DNA from: an uncultured Chloroflexia bacterium
Lineage (GTDB): Bacteria; Chloroflexota; Limnocylindria; Limnocylindrales; CSP1-4
DNA: 64,000 nt
Assembly: GCA_963796715.1 (NCBI GenBank)
Contig: CAWCMN010000009.1
Span: forward strand, 262,546 to 326,545
Direction of reading: 5' to 3'
Shown piece by piece: positions 38,734 to 50,597 of the stretch; within the stretch, counting starts at the first letter, position 1, and every line of letters begins with the position of its first letter. Below the pieces are notes generated by a model. The model was not told the DNA's origin. It searched no databases and saw nothing but the letters and a program-made list of their open reading frames with translations. The position numbers were made by a program, and so were the translations under genes.

Positions 38734-41700
38734 GCCATGCCTCCGTTCGTGTGGTCGTGGGGGGCGGAGAGCGCGCTGGCCAGCAGTTCGGCCGGATGCC
38801 ATACGGTGCGGCCCGTCGCCTGCTGGATCTGCTCGCGACAGCTGTAGCCGCCGGTTACGATGTAGCTCGCCGGGTCGGCGGCTCGCACGGCCGGCAGGAG
38901 CACGCGCTCACCCGCCGCCAGCGACACTCGGTAATGGTCGCCGCGCTCAAAACCGAACGCGCCGGCCATGCCGCAACAACCGCTTTCGGGCACCTCAAGC
39001 TGCAGCCCGGTGGCGCGCAGGACCGTGAGCTCGGCCTCGAAGTCGAGCACCGATCGGTGGTGGCAATGACCATGGACGAGTGCACGCCCCGCGAGATGTG
39101 GTGGCCGGTAGCCGTCCAGTGACGCCAGGAATTCGGTCAAGGTCATCGTCTGGCTGGCCAGGCGAGCCGCATCGGCATCACCGTGGAGTAGATCGGTGGC
39201 CTCGTCTCGGAAGACGGATACGCACGACGGTTCCAGGCCCACGATGCGCGTACCGGCGCGGATCTCTGCCCTCAGGTCGGTCACGATGGTCGTGAGGAGC
39301 CGCTTGGCCTGGCCGAGGAAGCCCCAGTCGTACAGCGGTCGGCCACAGCAGAGCTGGGTATCGGGCACGACGACGTCGCATCCGGCCGCTTCCAGGACCC
39401 GCACCGCCGCACGAGCAACCTCCGGATGGAAGTGATCGTTGAAGGTGTCCACCCACAGCAGGACGCGCCGCGAAGGTGCCCTCGGTGGGGCGCTCGTGGG
39501 CGCGCCTCCGCGCCCGGTCGTCGCCCCGTCTCGAGCGCGCCACCAGGCCCTGAACGTCTGACCGGCGAAGCGCGGGATCCGGCGTTCTGGTTCGATACCC
39601 GCTACGGCCTTGCCGAGCCGCCCGAACACGGGCGCACGGGCCAAGGTGTTCACCAGCCGCGGCTGGTGGGCGGCCAGCTTCGCCCACCAGTGGATCAGGC
39701 CCATGGAATAGGCGGCTCGGGGTCGCAGGCGCCCCGCGTAGTGGTGCGCCCGGAACTCCGCCTTGTAGGTCGCCATGTCCACGCCGACCGGGCAATCGTG
39801 CTTGCAGCCCTTACAGGCGAGGCAGAGGTCGAGGGCCTCTTCGACCGCCGCATTCCGCCAGCCGCCGTGCAGCTCGCGCCCGTTGAGCAGCTCGAACAAC
39901 AGCCGCGCCCGACCTCGCGTCGAGTGCTTCTCCTCCCGAGTGACCATGTAGCTGGGGCACATCACGCCGCCGTCGTGCCGCCGGCACTCTCCGACGCCGA
40001 CACAGCGCAGCGCCGCGTGGGCGAAGGACTCGTCGTCACGTGGGTATCGGAACCAGGTCCTGGGCCGCGGCGGGGCGTACGACGTGCCCAGCCGGAGGTC
40101 GGACAGGATGGGGTTGGGCCGGACCACCTTGCCCGGATTCATGCGCCAGCGTGGATCCCAGATCCCCTTGAGGGCATCGAACGCCCCCACCAGCTCGTCC
40201 CCGAACATGATGGGCAGGAGTTCCCCACGCGCCTGGCCGTCGCCATGTTCGCCCGAAAGCGAACCACCGAAGTCGACGACGAGCCGCGCGGCTTCATCCA
40301 GGTAGCGACGGAAGGTCTCGAGGCCTTTCGCCGTCTCGAGGTCGAAGTCGACCCGACAGTGCAGGACGCCCTGGCCGAAATGGCCGTACATGTCGGCGTC
40401 GTATCCATAGCGATGCCACAGCGCCTGGATGGCGCGAAGGTAGTCGCCAAGCCGCCCGGGCGGCACCGCCGAATCCTCCCAACCGGGTGCAGTCAGAGCC
40501 TTGTCGGGCACCATCGCCGTCGCCCCCAGCCCGGATTCGCGGACCTTCCACAGGCGTGCCTCGTCGGATGGGTCGTCGTAGCTCCTTGGTGTCGCGCCGG
40601 GATGCCGTGCCCGCAGCTGGGCCATGAACGTCTTCGCGCGGTCGTCCGATTCGGCCCGGTCGGCCCCGCCGAACTCGACGAGCAGGAAGCCCCGGCCCTC
40701 GGGCAGCAGGCGCAGGGCATCGAGATGGCGCCCGCGTTGGCGGACATCCCGCACCAGCTTGTCGTCCATGCCCTCGCACGCGATGCAGCCCGACTCCATC
40801 ACATGGGGCACGTCATCCGCGGCCGCGAACACGTCCTCATAGCCGACCACGACGAGGGTCCGACCGGGAGGGCTCTCGACCAGTCGAACGGTGGCCTCCA
40901 GCACCGTGACCAGTGTCGACTCTGAGCCCACCAAGGCCTTGGCCACGTCGAAGCCGTGCTCGGGCAGGAGGCGAGGCAGGTTGTAGCCGGAAACGCGCCG
41001 CGGGATCTCCGGGAATCGCGACCTGATCGCCTGCTCGTGCGTCGCGGTGAGGTCGCGCATGGCTCGGTAGATCTCCGCCTGCCGCCCGCCGCCGGCGAGG
41101 ATCCGTCCGAAGGCCTCGTGATTCGTCGGGCCCACGCGGAACCGTGAGCCGTCGTAGGTCAGGACCTCGAGTTCCAGCACGTTCTCTTCGGTCTTGCCAG
41201 CCATGACCGAGTGGACGCCGCAGGAGTCGTTGCCGATCATGCCGCCGAGCGTGCAGTGGTCGTGCGTCGCCGGATCGGGGCCGAACGTCAGGCCGTGCGT
41301 CTCCGCCGCCCGGCGCAGCTCATCGAGCACGAGGCCGGGTCGGACACGGGCGCGCCGGCCTTCCACATCCAGCTCGACCAGGTCGTTGTCGTATTTCGAG
41401 TGGTCCAGGACGACCGCCACGTTGCAGGCCTGCCCGGCGAGGCTCGTCCCACCGCCGCGGGAGAGGACGGGCACGTCATGCGCACGGCACACCGCCATGG
41501 CGGCGACCACGTCCTCCGGATCGCGAGGGATGACGACGCCGATGGGCAGCTGCCGGTAGTTCGACGCATCGGTCGCATAGAGGGCCCGGCTGCCGGGATC
41601 GAAGCGGACCTCGCCCCGCACGACGTTCAGCAGGTCGACCGCCAGGCGCTCGACGGGCGTGGGCAGTTCACGGACCGAGCGCCGATCGAGCGCCATAGGC

Positions 41701-41744
41701 CGTCGCAGACCGGCCACCGGGGCCTGCCACGTGGGGACGCTCAT
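38730..41744 (-). CDS. FAD-binding (GlcD-like) plus Fe-S/CCG-domain (GlcF-like) fusion oxidoreductase, YdiJ-like
   Basis: 1004 aa. FAD_binding_4 N-terminal region (RGGGTSLAGQ), a 4Fe-4S Cys cluster (CLACKGCKHDCP) and two CCG motifs (LCCGRP, CCGMAG). 4-nt overlaps with both neighbours. Confidence 0.8.
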   Translation of the reverse strand: MSVPTWQAPVAGLRRPMALDRRSVRELPTPVERLAVDLLNVVRGEVRFDPGSRALYATDASNYRQLPIGVVIPRDPEDVVAAMAVCRAHDVPVLSRGGGTSLAGQACNVAVVLDHSKYDNDLVELDVEGRRARVRPGLVLDELRRAAETHGLTFGPDPATHDHCTLGGMIGNDSCGVHSVMAGKTEENVLELEVLTYDGSRFRVGPTNHEAFGRILAGGGRQAEIYRAMRDLTATHEQAIRSRFPEIPRRVSGYNLPRLLPEHGFDVAKALVGSESTLVTVLEATVRLVESPPGRTLVVVGYEDVFAAADDVPHVMESGCIACEGMDDKLVRDVRQRGRHLDALRLLPEGRGFLLVEFGGADRAESDDRAKTFMAQLRARHPGATPRSYDDPSDEARLWKVRESGLGATAMVPDKALTAPGWEDSAVPPGRLGDYLRAIQALWHRYGYDADMYGHFGQGVLHCRVDFDLETAKGLETFRRYLDEAARLVVDFGGSLSGEHGDGQARGELLPIMFGDELVGAFDALKGIWDPRWRMNPGKVVRPNPILSDLRLGTSYAPPRPRTWFRYPRDDESFAHAALRCVGVGECRRHDGGVMCPSYMVTREEKHSTRGRARLLFELLNGRELHGGWRNAAVEEALDLCLACKGCKHDCPVGVDMATYKAEFRAHHYAGRLRPRAAYSMGLIHWWAKLAAHQPRLVNTLARAPVFGRLGKAVAGIEPERRIPRFAGQTFRAWWRARDGATTGRGGAPTSAPPRAPSRRVLLWVDTFNDHFHPEVARAAVRVLEAAGCDVVVPDTQLCCGRPLYDWGFLGQAKRLLTTIVTDLRAEIRAGTRIVGLEPSCVSVFRDEATDLLHGDADAARLASQTMTLTEFLASLDGYRPPHLAGRALVHGHCHHRSVLDFEAELTVLRATGLQLEVPESGCCGMAGAFGFERGDHYRVSLAAGERVLLPAVRAADPASYIVTGGYSCREQIQQATGRTVWHPAELLASALSAPHDHTNGGMA

Positions 41745-42934
41745 CGGCTCGTCCAGGCCAGGAAGCGGTCGGCGTCCGGGCGCCGGAGGTCGAGTCCCAG
41801 CCCCGGCCGTGACCGATCCGGCGCGATCAGGCCAGCCCGGGGCCGCGGCGCGCCGTCGAAGAGGAGGGCTTCGAGGCGGGCGTGGTCGTGGAACCACTCG
41901 AGGTTGAGGGCCGGTCGCGCCGCGCACGTCAGATGCACGTGCAGCGCCGGCGCGCAGTGGGCCGATAGGGGCACGGAGCTGGCCTCGCACAGCGCGGCGG
42001 CCATCTGGAACCCAGTCGTCCCCAGGCAGCGCGTCGCATCCGCCTGGAGGACATCGACGGCGCCGGCATCCAGCAGCCGCCGGAGGGAGAACTGGTCCCA
42101 GCCGTACTCGCCGGCCGTGATCGCCATCCCCGCAGGCGCGCGGTCGCGCAGGACCCGGAGGCCGGCCACGTCGTCGGAGCTCACGGGCTCTTCGAACCAC
42201 ACCACATCGCGGTCGGCGAGCCAGGCCGCGGTCGCCAGGGCGTGAGCTCGATCGTAGGCGCCGTTCGCGTCCACGAAGAGCTCCACGTCCGGTCCCACCG
42301 CCTCACGTGCCACGTCGACGCGTCGCCGATCCCGGGCGGGCTCGCGGCCGATCTTCATCTTGACGGCGGCGAACCCGTCGGCGGCCCAACCGCCGAGCTG
42401 GTCGGCCAGCCGGCCATCGTCGTATGAGCAGAACCCGCCGCTGCCGTACGCGGCGATCGCCTCACGGCTGCGACCCAGCAGATCGGCCAACGACAGGCCA
42501 AGGAGGCGACTCTTGAGGTCCCACAGGGCGTTGTCGAGGGCCGAGATCGCCGTTGCCGCAAGACCGGGCCGCCCCAGGTTCCGGACAGCGCCCACGGCGG
42601 TCGCCCAGATACCCGCCACGTCCCACGCGTCCCGGCCCACGGCAAGGGGCCGCAGGACGTCCGCGACGAGGTGGGCCGCGGCCGTGTCGGCATAGGCGTA
42701 GCCCAGCGACCGGACACCGCCCGCCTCGGCCTGGACGACCACGACCGTCGTGTCGCCCCAGGCGAGCGTGCCGTCGGACTCGGGCGCGTCGGTAGGGACG
42801 GTGTACGCGGCAACGTCGATCGCGTCGACCGGCGGGCCTCCGGTCCCCGGTCCCGAATCCAGCGTCGCCGGGGCTTCGTGCAGGCCCGTAGGTCGAGGTT
42901 GAGTCGCTGCAGGCGAGATCACCGTGCCCGTCAT
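41741..42934 (-). CDS. Enolase-superfamily enzyme (mandelate racemase / muconate lactonizing enzyme family)
   Basis: KMKIG....VDANGAY....EEP...DD metal-binding pattern of MR/MLE-type TIM barrels. ATG at 42934 overlaps the upstream stop. Confidence 0.75.
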   Translation of the reverse strand: MTGTVISPAATQPRPTGLHEAPATLDSGPGTGGPPVDAIDVAAYTVPTDAPESDGTLAWGDTTVVVVQAEAGGVRSLGYAYADTAAAHLVADVLRPLAVGRDAWDVAGIWATAVGAVRNLGRPGLAATAISALDNALWDLKSRLLGLSLADLLGRSREAIAAYGSGGFCSYDDGRLADQLGGWAADGFAAVKMKIGREPARDRRRVDVAREAVGPDVELFVDANGAYDRAHALATAAWLADRDVVWFEEPVSSDDVAGLRVLRDRAPAGMAITAGEYGWDQFSLRRLLDAGAVDVLQADATRCLGTTGFQMAAALCEASSVPLSAHCAPALHVHLTCAARPALNLEWFHDHARLEALLFDGAPRPRAGLIAPDRSRPGLGLDLRRPDADRFLAWTSR

Positions 42935-44136
42935 GCCCGTTCTCGACTCCAGGCGCGACCCGATCCCCTTGCGCTTTCGACCAGCACCCCGGTCGGCTCT
43001 GCCGCCCCGCTCGCGACGCGTGCCGGGAGCGCCTCGAACGCGGCCGCGCGCGTCACTCCTTGCATGCGCGCCGGGGCGCGGACCTGCCCGCCGCCACGGA
43101 GCACGCGGGCATACACCGCTTCGTAGTCCAGCGTCATGCGCTCCGTTGAGAACCGTTCCAGGGCCCGCTGGCGGATGAGGGTCCGGTCGAGCGTGGCGAC
43201 TTGGCGGACCGCGAGTTCGGCCTCGCTCAGGTCGTCGACCAGGAACCCATCCACGCCCGGTTCGATCAGCTCCGGCAGGGCCCCCGCGCGTCGTGCGATG
43301 ACCGGCGTGCCGGTGGCCAGCGATTCGATCGCGACCAGGCCGAACGGCTCGGGCCAACTGCCGAGCATCAGGGTCGCCAGGGCACCGGATAGGAGCTCGT
43401 CTCGCTCAGGCGCCACCAACTCGCCGAGGAACGTCACGCGGCCGGTTTGTACGGCAGGTCGCACGACGGAGTCAAGCAACGCTTTCTCGTCGGGTGCGTA
43501 CGCCTTGGCGGCGATCTCAAGCGGCACGCCGCATCGCTCGGCCAGCCGGATGGCATCGCTGATCCCCTTCTCTTCGGACAACCTACCGACCAGGGCGAAG
43601 TACACGCCCGGCTCGGACTGGAACGGCATGTCGTCAAGGGGGAGACCGTGATGCACCGTCGCCATCCAGTTCAGATCCGGGAACCAGCGTCGCTGGTTCG
43701 CGCTGATCGCCACCAGCGGGATCTCCGAGAATCCGGCCAGTGCCTCCGGCATGCCGCCCTGGTCCAGGCGTCCGTGGAGCGTGCTCACGACTGGCGTGGG
43801 GCAATGACGTGCGAGCGTGAAACCGTAGCTCTCGAGATGGGAGTGGATGACGTCGAACCGCTCGTGCTTGGCCCACGCAAGGCTCGCCGCGATCTGCATG
43901 TAGGCGCCAAGATCGCCGCGATACCCCGCTTCCCAGAGCGCCCGCGGGACGATGGGCACGAGCCTGGCCGGGGTCTGCGAGTCCCCGCTGGCGAAGAGGG
44001 TCACGTCGTGGCCGCGATCAACGAGCCCAGCGGCAAGGGCCGCCACGACGCGTTCCGTCCCTCCATATCCCACGGGCGGGACCGCCTTCACCGGAGGCGC
44101 CACGAGCGCGATGCGTAGCGCCACACCCGGATCCAT
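42931..44136 (-). CDS. Glycosyltransferase family 4
   Basis: GT-B fold. N-terminal RIALVAPP..GGTERVV and C-terminal EPFGLVAIESLATGTPVIA (E-X7-E motif). An alternative start lies at 44157. Confidence 0.75.
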   Translation of the reverse strand: MDPGVALRIALVAPPVKAVPPVGYGGTERVVAALAAGLVDRGHDVTLFASGDSQTPARLVPIVPRALWEAGYRGDLGAYMQIAASLAWAKHERFDVIHSHLESYGFTLARHCPTPVVSTLHGRLDQGGMPEALAGFSEIPLVAISANQRRWFPDLNWMATVHHGLPLDDMPFQSEPGVYFALVGRLSEEKGISDAIRLAERCGVPLEIAAKAYAPDEKALLDSVVRPAVQTGRVTFLGELVAPERDELLSGALATLMLGSWPEPFGLVAIESLATGTPVIARRAGALPELIEPGVDGFLVDDLSEAELAVRQVATLDRTLIRQRALERFSTERMTLDYEAVYARVLRGGGQVRAPARMQGVTRAAAFEALPARVASGAAEPTGVLVESARGSGRAWSRERA

Positions 44137-44369
44137 GTTCGGTCGGATGACACTCATGCCGTGGCCTCTGGCGTCCCAGCCAGTGTCAAGCGGGTCGCGA
44201 TCCAGGGGTCATATGCAAACCTTGATGCAGACACCCCAACAGATCCGACCTTCACGTCGCGGGACCCGTTACATCCGCCTTGCGACCGATAGACCTGCCT
44301 GGACGCCGACGCCGGTGTCGAGGACGGAGTCGAGGATCGTCGGCGCGTTCGCGCTGGTACGCTCCGGGC

Positions 44370-45023
44370 GTGTTGACCGTGGTCCTGACGCGGCATGGGG
44401 GCACGACTCGCTCCACGCCCGAGCAGCACCTGGGCCAGCACCTGGACGTGCCGCTCTCGGAGTCAGGCCGGGCCCAGGCGGCCGCGCTCGGCCGTCGGTT
44501 GGCCGGCGTGGGCTTCGACCGCGTGGTGGCGAGCCCGTTGCGGCGGGCGGTCGAGACGGCGCGGCTCATCGTCCCGGGCCGCGAGCCTGAGACCGACCCG
44601 CGGCTGCTGGAGATGGACTACGGCGCCTGGGAGGGCCTGACCTACGAACAGGTCGCCGCCCGTGACGGCCCGGCTCGACTGCTCTGGGAGGCGGATCCCG
44701 CCACGCTGGCGTGCCCTGGCGGGGAGAGCGGCAACGAGGTCGCCGCCCGGGTCCGCTCCTTCCTCGAGGCGGCCATCGACGACCACGCCGGGACCGACAC
44801 GACGAACCAGCGGATCCTGGTGGTCGGGCACAGCACGACCGATCGCATCCTGTTGTGTATCGCGCTCGGGGTCCGCATCCGCGACTATCGCCGGTGCTTC
44901 GTCCAGGACCCCGCCAACCTGAGTGTCCTGCGGTTCGAGGGGCCTGCCGCGGCGGGGGCACAGGCACTCGTGGTGAACGACGTCGGCCATCTGCGCGGCC
45001 TCGCGGGCGCGACCTGGGACTGA
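44370..45023 (+). CDS. Histidine phosphatase superfamily (phosphoglycerate-mutase-like) protein
   Basis: N-terminal catalytic RHG (LTRHGGT) and an internal GHS...H region. GTG start. Confidence 0.7.
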   Translation: MLTVVLTRHGGTTRSTPEQHLGQHLDVPLSESGRAQAAALGRRLAGVGFDRVVASPLRRAVETARLIVPGREPETDPRLLEMDYGAWEGLTYEQVAARDGPARLLWEADPATLACPGGESGNEVAARVRSFLEAAIDDHAGTDTTNQRILVVGHSTTDRILLCIALGVRIRDYRRCFVQDPANLSVLRFEGPAAAGAQALVVNDVGHLRGLAGATWD

Positions 45024-45065
45024 GTCGAGCCAGAACCGGTCGAGCGGCCGGCCGCCGCTGTCCTA

Positions 45066-45100
45066 TCCTGCCGACGTGCCCATTCCTGCCGACGTGCCCA
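45066..45100. repeat. Tandem 17-bp direct repeat TCCTGCCGACGTGCCCA x2 spanning the hutH start region
   Basis: Read directly: tcctgccgacgtgcccattcctgccgacgtgccca. Each copy contains a candidate GTG start. Confidence 0.6.
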
Positions 45101-46665
45101 CCTCGTCGCCCGTCGTCCTGACCGGCCACGACCTTTCCCTCGAGGCCGTCGAGGCGGTGGCCCGCCACGGGGCGTCGGCCACCCTGGATCCGAAGGCGCG
45201 GGAGCGGATGGTGGCCAGCCGCCGGACCATCGAATCGATCGTGGCGTCAGGCGAGGCCGTGTACGGCGTGACGACCGGCTTCGGCGATCTCGCCAACCGG
45301 CGCATCGAACCGGCCGAGGCGGCCCACCTCCAGCGCAACCTGCTGGTAAGCCACGCGGTGGGGGTCGGCGCCCCGTTCGACACGGCGACGGTGCGCGCCA
45401 TGCTGCTGCTGCGCGCCAACACCCTGGCGCTCGGCCACAGTGGCTGCCGGCCCGAAGTCGTCGAGCGCCTGCTGGCGTTCCTGGAGCGGGGCATCCATCC
45501 GGTCGTGCCCGAGCAGGGCAGCGTGGGTGCGTCGGGCGATCTGGCGCCGCTGGCCCACCTGGCGCTGCCCCTCATCGGCCGCGGTGAGGTCGACTACGAC
45601 GGCCGGCGCGTGCCCGCCGCCACAGCCCTCACGGCGGCCGGGCTGGAGCCCCTCGAGCTCCAGCCGAAGGAGGGTCTGGCGCTCCTCAACGGCACCCAGA
45701 TGATGACCGCGGTCGGTGCGCTCGCCGTCCTCGACGCCGGACGACTGGGCCGCACCGCGAGCGTCGTCGCGGCCATGAGCATCGAGGCCCTGCTTGGCAC
45801 GGACGTCGCCTTCGCCGCGGCCTACCACGCGGCGCGCCCCCACGAGGGTCAGCGCGTGGTCGCCGCCGAGCTGCGCCACCTGTTGCGCGGCTCCCGACTC
45901 CAGCGCAGCCACCACCGCCAGACGCACAAGGTGCAGGACCCCTACTCGCTGCGCTGCGTGCCGCAGGTCCACGGCGCGTCCCGCGACGCCCTGGCCTATG
46001 CGCGGCGGGTCCTCGAGGTGGAGATCAACAGCGCGACCGACAACCCGCTCGTCTTCCCCGATGGCGGCGGCCCGGACGCCGACCCGTCGGCCACGGCCAC
46101 GGCGCACGGCCGCGTCATCTCGGGCGGCAACTTCCACGGCCAGCCGGTGGCTCTGGCCATGGACTTCGCGAAGATCGCCATCGCCGAGCTGGGCTCGATC
46201 AGCGAGCGCCGCACGGCCCTGCTGCTGGACGCGCGCCTGTCCGGGCTGCCGGCCTTCCTCGTGGAGGAGGCCGGTCTCAACAGCGGGTTGATGTTGCTCC
46301 AATACACCGCTGCCGCCCTTGCCTCCGAGGACAAGGTCCTGGCCCATCCCGCCTCGGTCGACTCGATCCCGACCTCCGCCAACCAGGAGGACCACGTGTC
46401 GATGGGCTCGATCGCGGCGCGTCATGCGCGGGACGTGCTGGCCAATGTCCAGCTGATCGTGGCCCTGGAGCTCCTGTGCGCCGCCCAGGGCCTCGACTTC
46501 CGCACGGCGGACGGCACCTCGCCGGGCGAGGGGGTCGCCATGGCACTCGCCCGGACGCGCGAACGGATCCCCCATCTGGCCGCCGATCGCGACCAGGGGC
46601 CGGACATCGCCAGCGCCCTCGACCTTGTCAGGAGTGGCGCACTGCTGGATCTGGTCGCCGCCTGA
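45076..46665 (+). CDS. hutH: Histidine ammonia-lyase
   Basis: MIO-forming GSVGASGDLAPLAHL and overall HAL architecture. 529 aa. Confidence 0.9.
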   Translation: MPIPADVPTSSPVVLTGHDLSLEAVEAVARHGASATLDPKARERMVASRRTIESIVASGEAVYGVTTGFGDLANRRIEPAEAAHLQRNLLVSHAVGVGAPFDTATVRAMLLLRANTLALGHSGCRPEVVERLLAFLERGIHPVVPEQGSVGASGDLAPLAHLALPLIGRGEVDYDGRRVPAATALTAAGLEPLELQPKEGLALLNGTQMMTAVGALAVLDAGRLGRTASVVAAMSIEALLGTDVAFAAAYHAARPHEGQRVVAAELRHLLRGSRLQRSHHRQTHKVQDPYSLRCVPQVHGASRDALAYARRVLEVEINSATDNPLVFPDGGGPDADPSATATAHGRVISGGNFHGQPVALAMDFAKIAIAELGSISERRTALLLDARLSGLPAFLVEEAGLNSGLMLLQYTAAALASEDKVLAHPASVDSIPTSANQEDHVSMGSIAARHARDVLANVQLIVALELLCAAQGLDFRTADGTSPGEGVAMALARTRERIPHLAADRDQGPDIASALDLVRSGALLDLVAA

Positions 46666-46760
46666 CCGGCAGAATCGTGCTTGCGTAGCGGCGCAGGTTC
46701 GCTAAAGTGCACGCAACGTGCCCGGCGCACTCCGATCGGGCCACCGGAAGGAGAGGGTCT

Positions 46761-47297
46761 ATGGGGTTCCAGATGCCGAGCGCGCCCGCAGTGGGACCGG
46801 CGGGCCTCGTCTACGCCGATGTCCCGAACCGGATCATCGCGTACGTGATCGATGTCATCATCGTGGCCGTCGTCGAGTTCATCGTCGGGGCCGTGCTCGT
46901 CGCGATCAGCCTCGGAACCGCCACGATCGGCATCGGCTGGCTGATCTGGGTGGTGATCAGCCTCATCATCAGTGCTGGCTACTTCATCTACACGTGGACC
47001 GCGATGCGCGGGACCATCGGGATGAAGGTGCTGGGGATGCAGATCGGTAATGCCGGCGATGGCAAGACCCTGACGATGGACCAGGCCGTCAAGCGCTGGC
47101 TGTACGTCGGCGGCTGGATCTCGTTGGTGAGTCTCATCACCAACCAGCTGGGCCTCCTGGGCCTGCTGGTCGCACTGGTCGGTCTCATCTATGAGATCTA
47201 CCTTCTGTACACGACGGCGCAGAGCCCGACCAAGCAGGGCTTCCACGACGTCATGGCCCATACCCAGGTGGTCAAGGCGACCCGCTCGGTCGCCTGA
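46761..47297 (+). CDS. RDD family membrane protein
   Basis: 178 aa and 3 TM with C-terminal QGFHDVMAHTQVV (RDD-type). Preceded by GGAAGGAGAGGG. Confidence 0.7.
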   Translation: MGFQMPSAPAVGPAGLVYADVPNRIIAYVIDVIIVAVVEFIVGAVLVAISLGTATIGIGWLIWVVISLIISAGYFIYTWTAMRGTIGMKVLGMQIGNAGDGKTLTMDQAVKRWLYVGGWISLVSLITNQLGLLGLLVALVGLIYEIYLLYTTAQSPTKQGFHDVMAHTQVVKATRSVA

Positions 47298-47357
47298 TCT
47301 CGTCCTGCAGCTCCAGAGCCGGGGGCGCCCAGCCGCCTCCGGCTCTTCCATGTCCGA

Positions 47358-48106
47358 GTGTCGTGGGACAATCGGGGCGTGGCGAGCATCCGCATCGTCG
47401 ACGTCGATGACGAGCCCACGTTCCGGCTCATCCCACCCTGCGCCGACCCCGGTTTCGACCACCGCACCTGCGACTACTGGGAGGACGCCGAGCGCGGGTC
47501 GCGAGCGGCCCGATCGGCCTGGCTGGAGGCACCGGCCGCGCCGCGACCGCGACCGGCCCTCGCCGACAACCCGTTCGCCCCGTCCGCCGACCGGGCCATC
47601 GTGAACCCCTTCCTGGCCGACGATGACGACGCGGAGCCGGTCGACAACCCCTTCGCCCCCAGGCGCACGATCGAGCGCGGCCGGACGAGCGGCGTCCCGC
47701 GCAAGTTCGCCCTGCTCGACCGCGGACGCGGCATCTTCGGCACGTATGCCAAGGTGCTCCTGGTCGACGAGACGCCTGCGACGTACGTGCAGTTCGGGCC
47801 GTTGTCGGCGTACCCGCGGGCCCAGCGGTTGCGTGACCTGTACCCGCAGCTGCCGGTCATGCCGCTGCCCGCCGTCATCACGTGCGTCGCCACGACTGCG
47901 CAGGCCCGGCGGGACGGCCATGCTGCCCGCCTGGCGGCCGCGGTCTGCGACGACCTGGCCGAGCGCGGCTTCGCCGCTGTGGAGGCCTATCCCGACCTGA
48001 CCCGCGGCGCCGACCAGCAGAGCGGCGCGACGCCGGGGTTCTGGGAAGCACTGGGGTTCACCGTCGCCGTGGTCGACGCGCGCTTCCCGGTCATGCGGCG
48101 CGAGCT

Positions 48107-48110
<4 letters not shown>
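47358..48110 (+). CDS. Hypothetical protein, GNAT-like C-terminal half, with an N-terminal Cys/His motif and three NPF repeats
   Basis: [15 protein letters not shown] near the N-terminus, three NPF(A/L) repeats in an acidic segment, and a C-terminal GNAT-like beta-bulge (VEAYPD...GFWEALGF). The stop overlaps the hutU GTG. Confidence 0.45.
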
Positions 48111-49771
<1,661 letters not shown>

Positions 49772-49802
49772 TCCCAGGCGTCCCTGCCGAGCAGCGGGTC
49801 GC

Positions 49803-50597
49803 TCATCCGGTCAGCACGTCCTCGCCGGACGCGATGGCGGTCGCGAGACGGGCCACCTCGCGCATCGCCAGCCGATGGATCCATGGCCCGAAGGACACGC
49901 GAGCGACGCCAAGCTCGGCCAGCCGTGCAGGTGACGGCGCCTCCGGCCGAGCGAAGATGTTCACCGGCCCGCGGATGCCCGCCACGAGGGTCTCGATGGT
50001 CGGCTCGTCGGCGACCCAGATGGGATAGATGCAGTCGGCGCCCGCCTCCAGGTACAGGTTGCCGCGACGGATCGCTTCGTCCGTTCGCGCCTCCGGCGGC
50101 CCGACCCAGCGGATGTGCACGTCGATGCGGGCATTGATCACCAAGGGCACGCCGGCCGCCGTGGCCGCGGCACGCACCTCAGCCAGCCATCGCGCCTGCG
50201 CCTCAGCGTCCCGCACGCCACCGGCGCGGTGGTCCGTGTCCTCCAGGTTGCAGCCGACCACGCCGGCTTCGACCACGCAGTCGACGAATCCACCCGGCGT
50301 CAGTCCGTACCCCGCCTCGGCATCCATGGTCACCGGGCCTTCGACGGCCGCGGCGATCCGACCGGCGGCGGCGAACATCGCGTCCGGCGGGGCCTGCTCG
50401 CCGTCCTCGAAGCCGAGCGCCTCGGCGACGGCCGCGCTCGAGGTCGCGATGGCGGGGAACCCCGCGGCCTCGACCGCGCGCGCGCTCGGGACGTCCCACG
50501 CGTTCGGCAGGATCAGCGGACGACCCGGGACGTGGAGGGCCCGCAACCGCTCGGCCAGCGCGACCAGCCCTGCCCGATCGGCGGCCGCGGCGTTCAT
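49803..50597 (-). CDS. Isocitrate lyase / PEP mutase family protein (methylisocitrate-lyase / carboxyvinyl-carboxyphosphonate phosphorylmutase-like)
   Basis: 264 aa and ICL/PEPM TIM-barrel motifs (GCNLEDT, EAGADCIY). ATG at 50597. Confidence 0.7.
   Translation of the reverse strand: MNAAAADRAGLVALAERLRALHVPGRPLILPNAWDVPSARAVEAAGFPAIATSSAAVAEALGFEDGEQAPPDAMFAAAGRIAAAVEGPVTMDAEAGYGLTPGGFVDCVVEAGVVGCNLEDTDHRAGGVRDAEAQARWLAEVRAAATAAGVPLVINARIDVHIRWVGPPEARTDEAIRRGNLYLEAGADCIYPIWVADEPTIETLVAGIRGPVNIFARPEAPSPARLAELGVARVSFGPWIHRLAMREVARLATAIASGEDVLTG

Noticed and set aside
35749-38847. 1032-aa plus-strand ORF across the GDE-like, pyruvate-oxidase and FAD/Fe-S genes
   Set aside because: Antisense to three well-supported coupled genes. 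The composition is dominated by R, G, D, E and H with no domain signatures.
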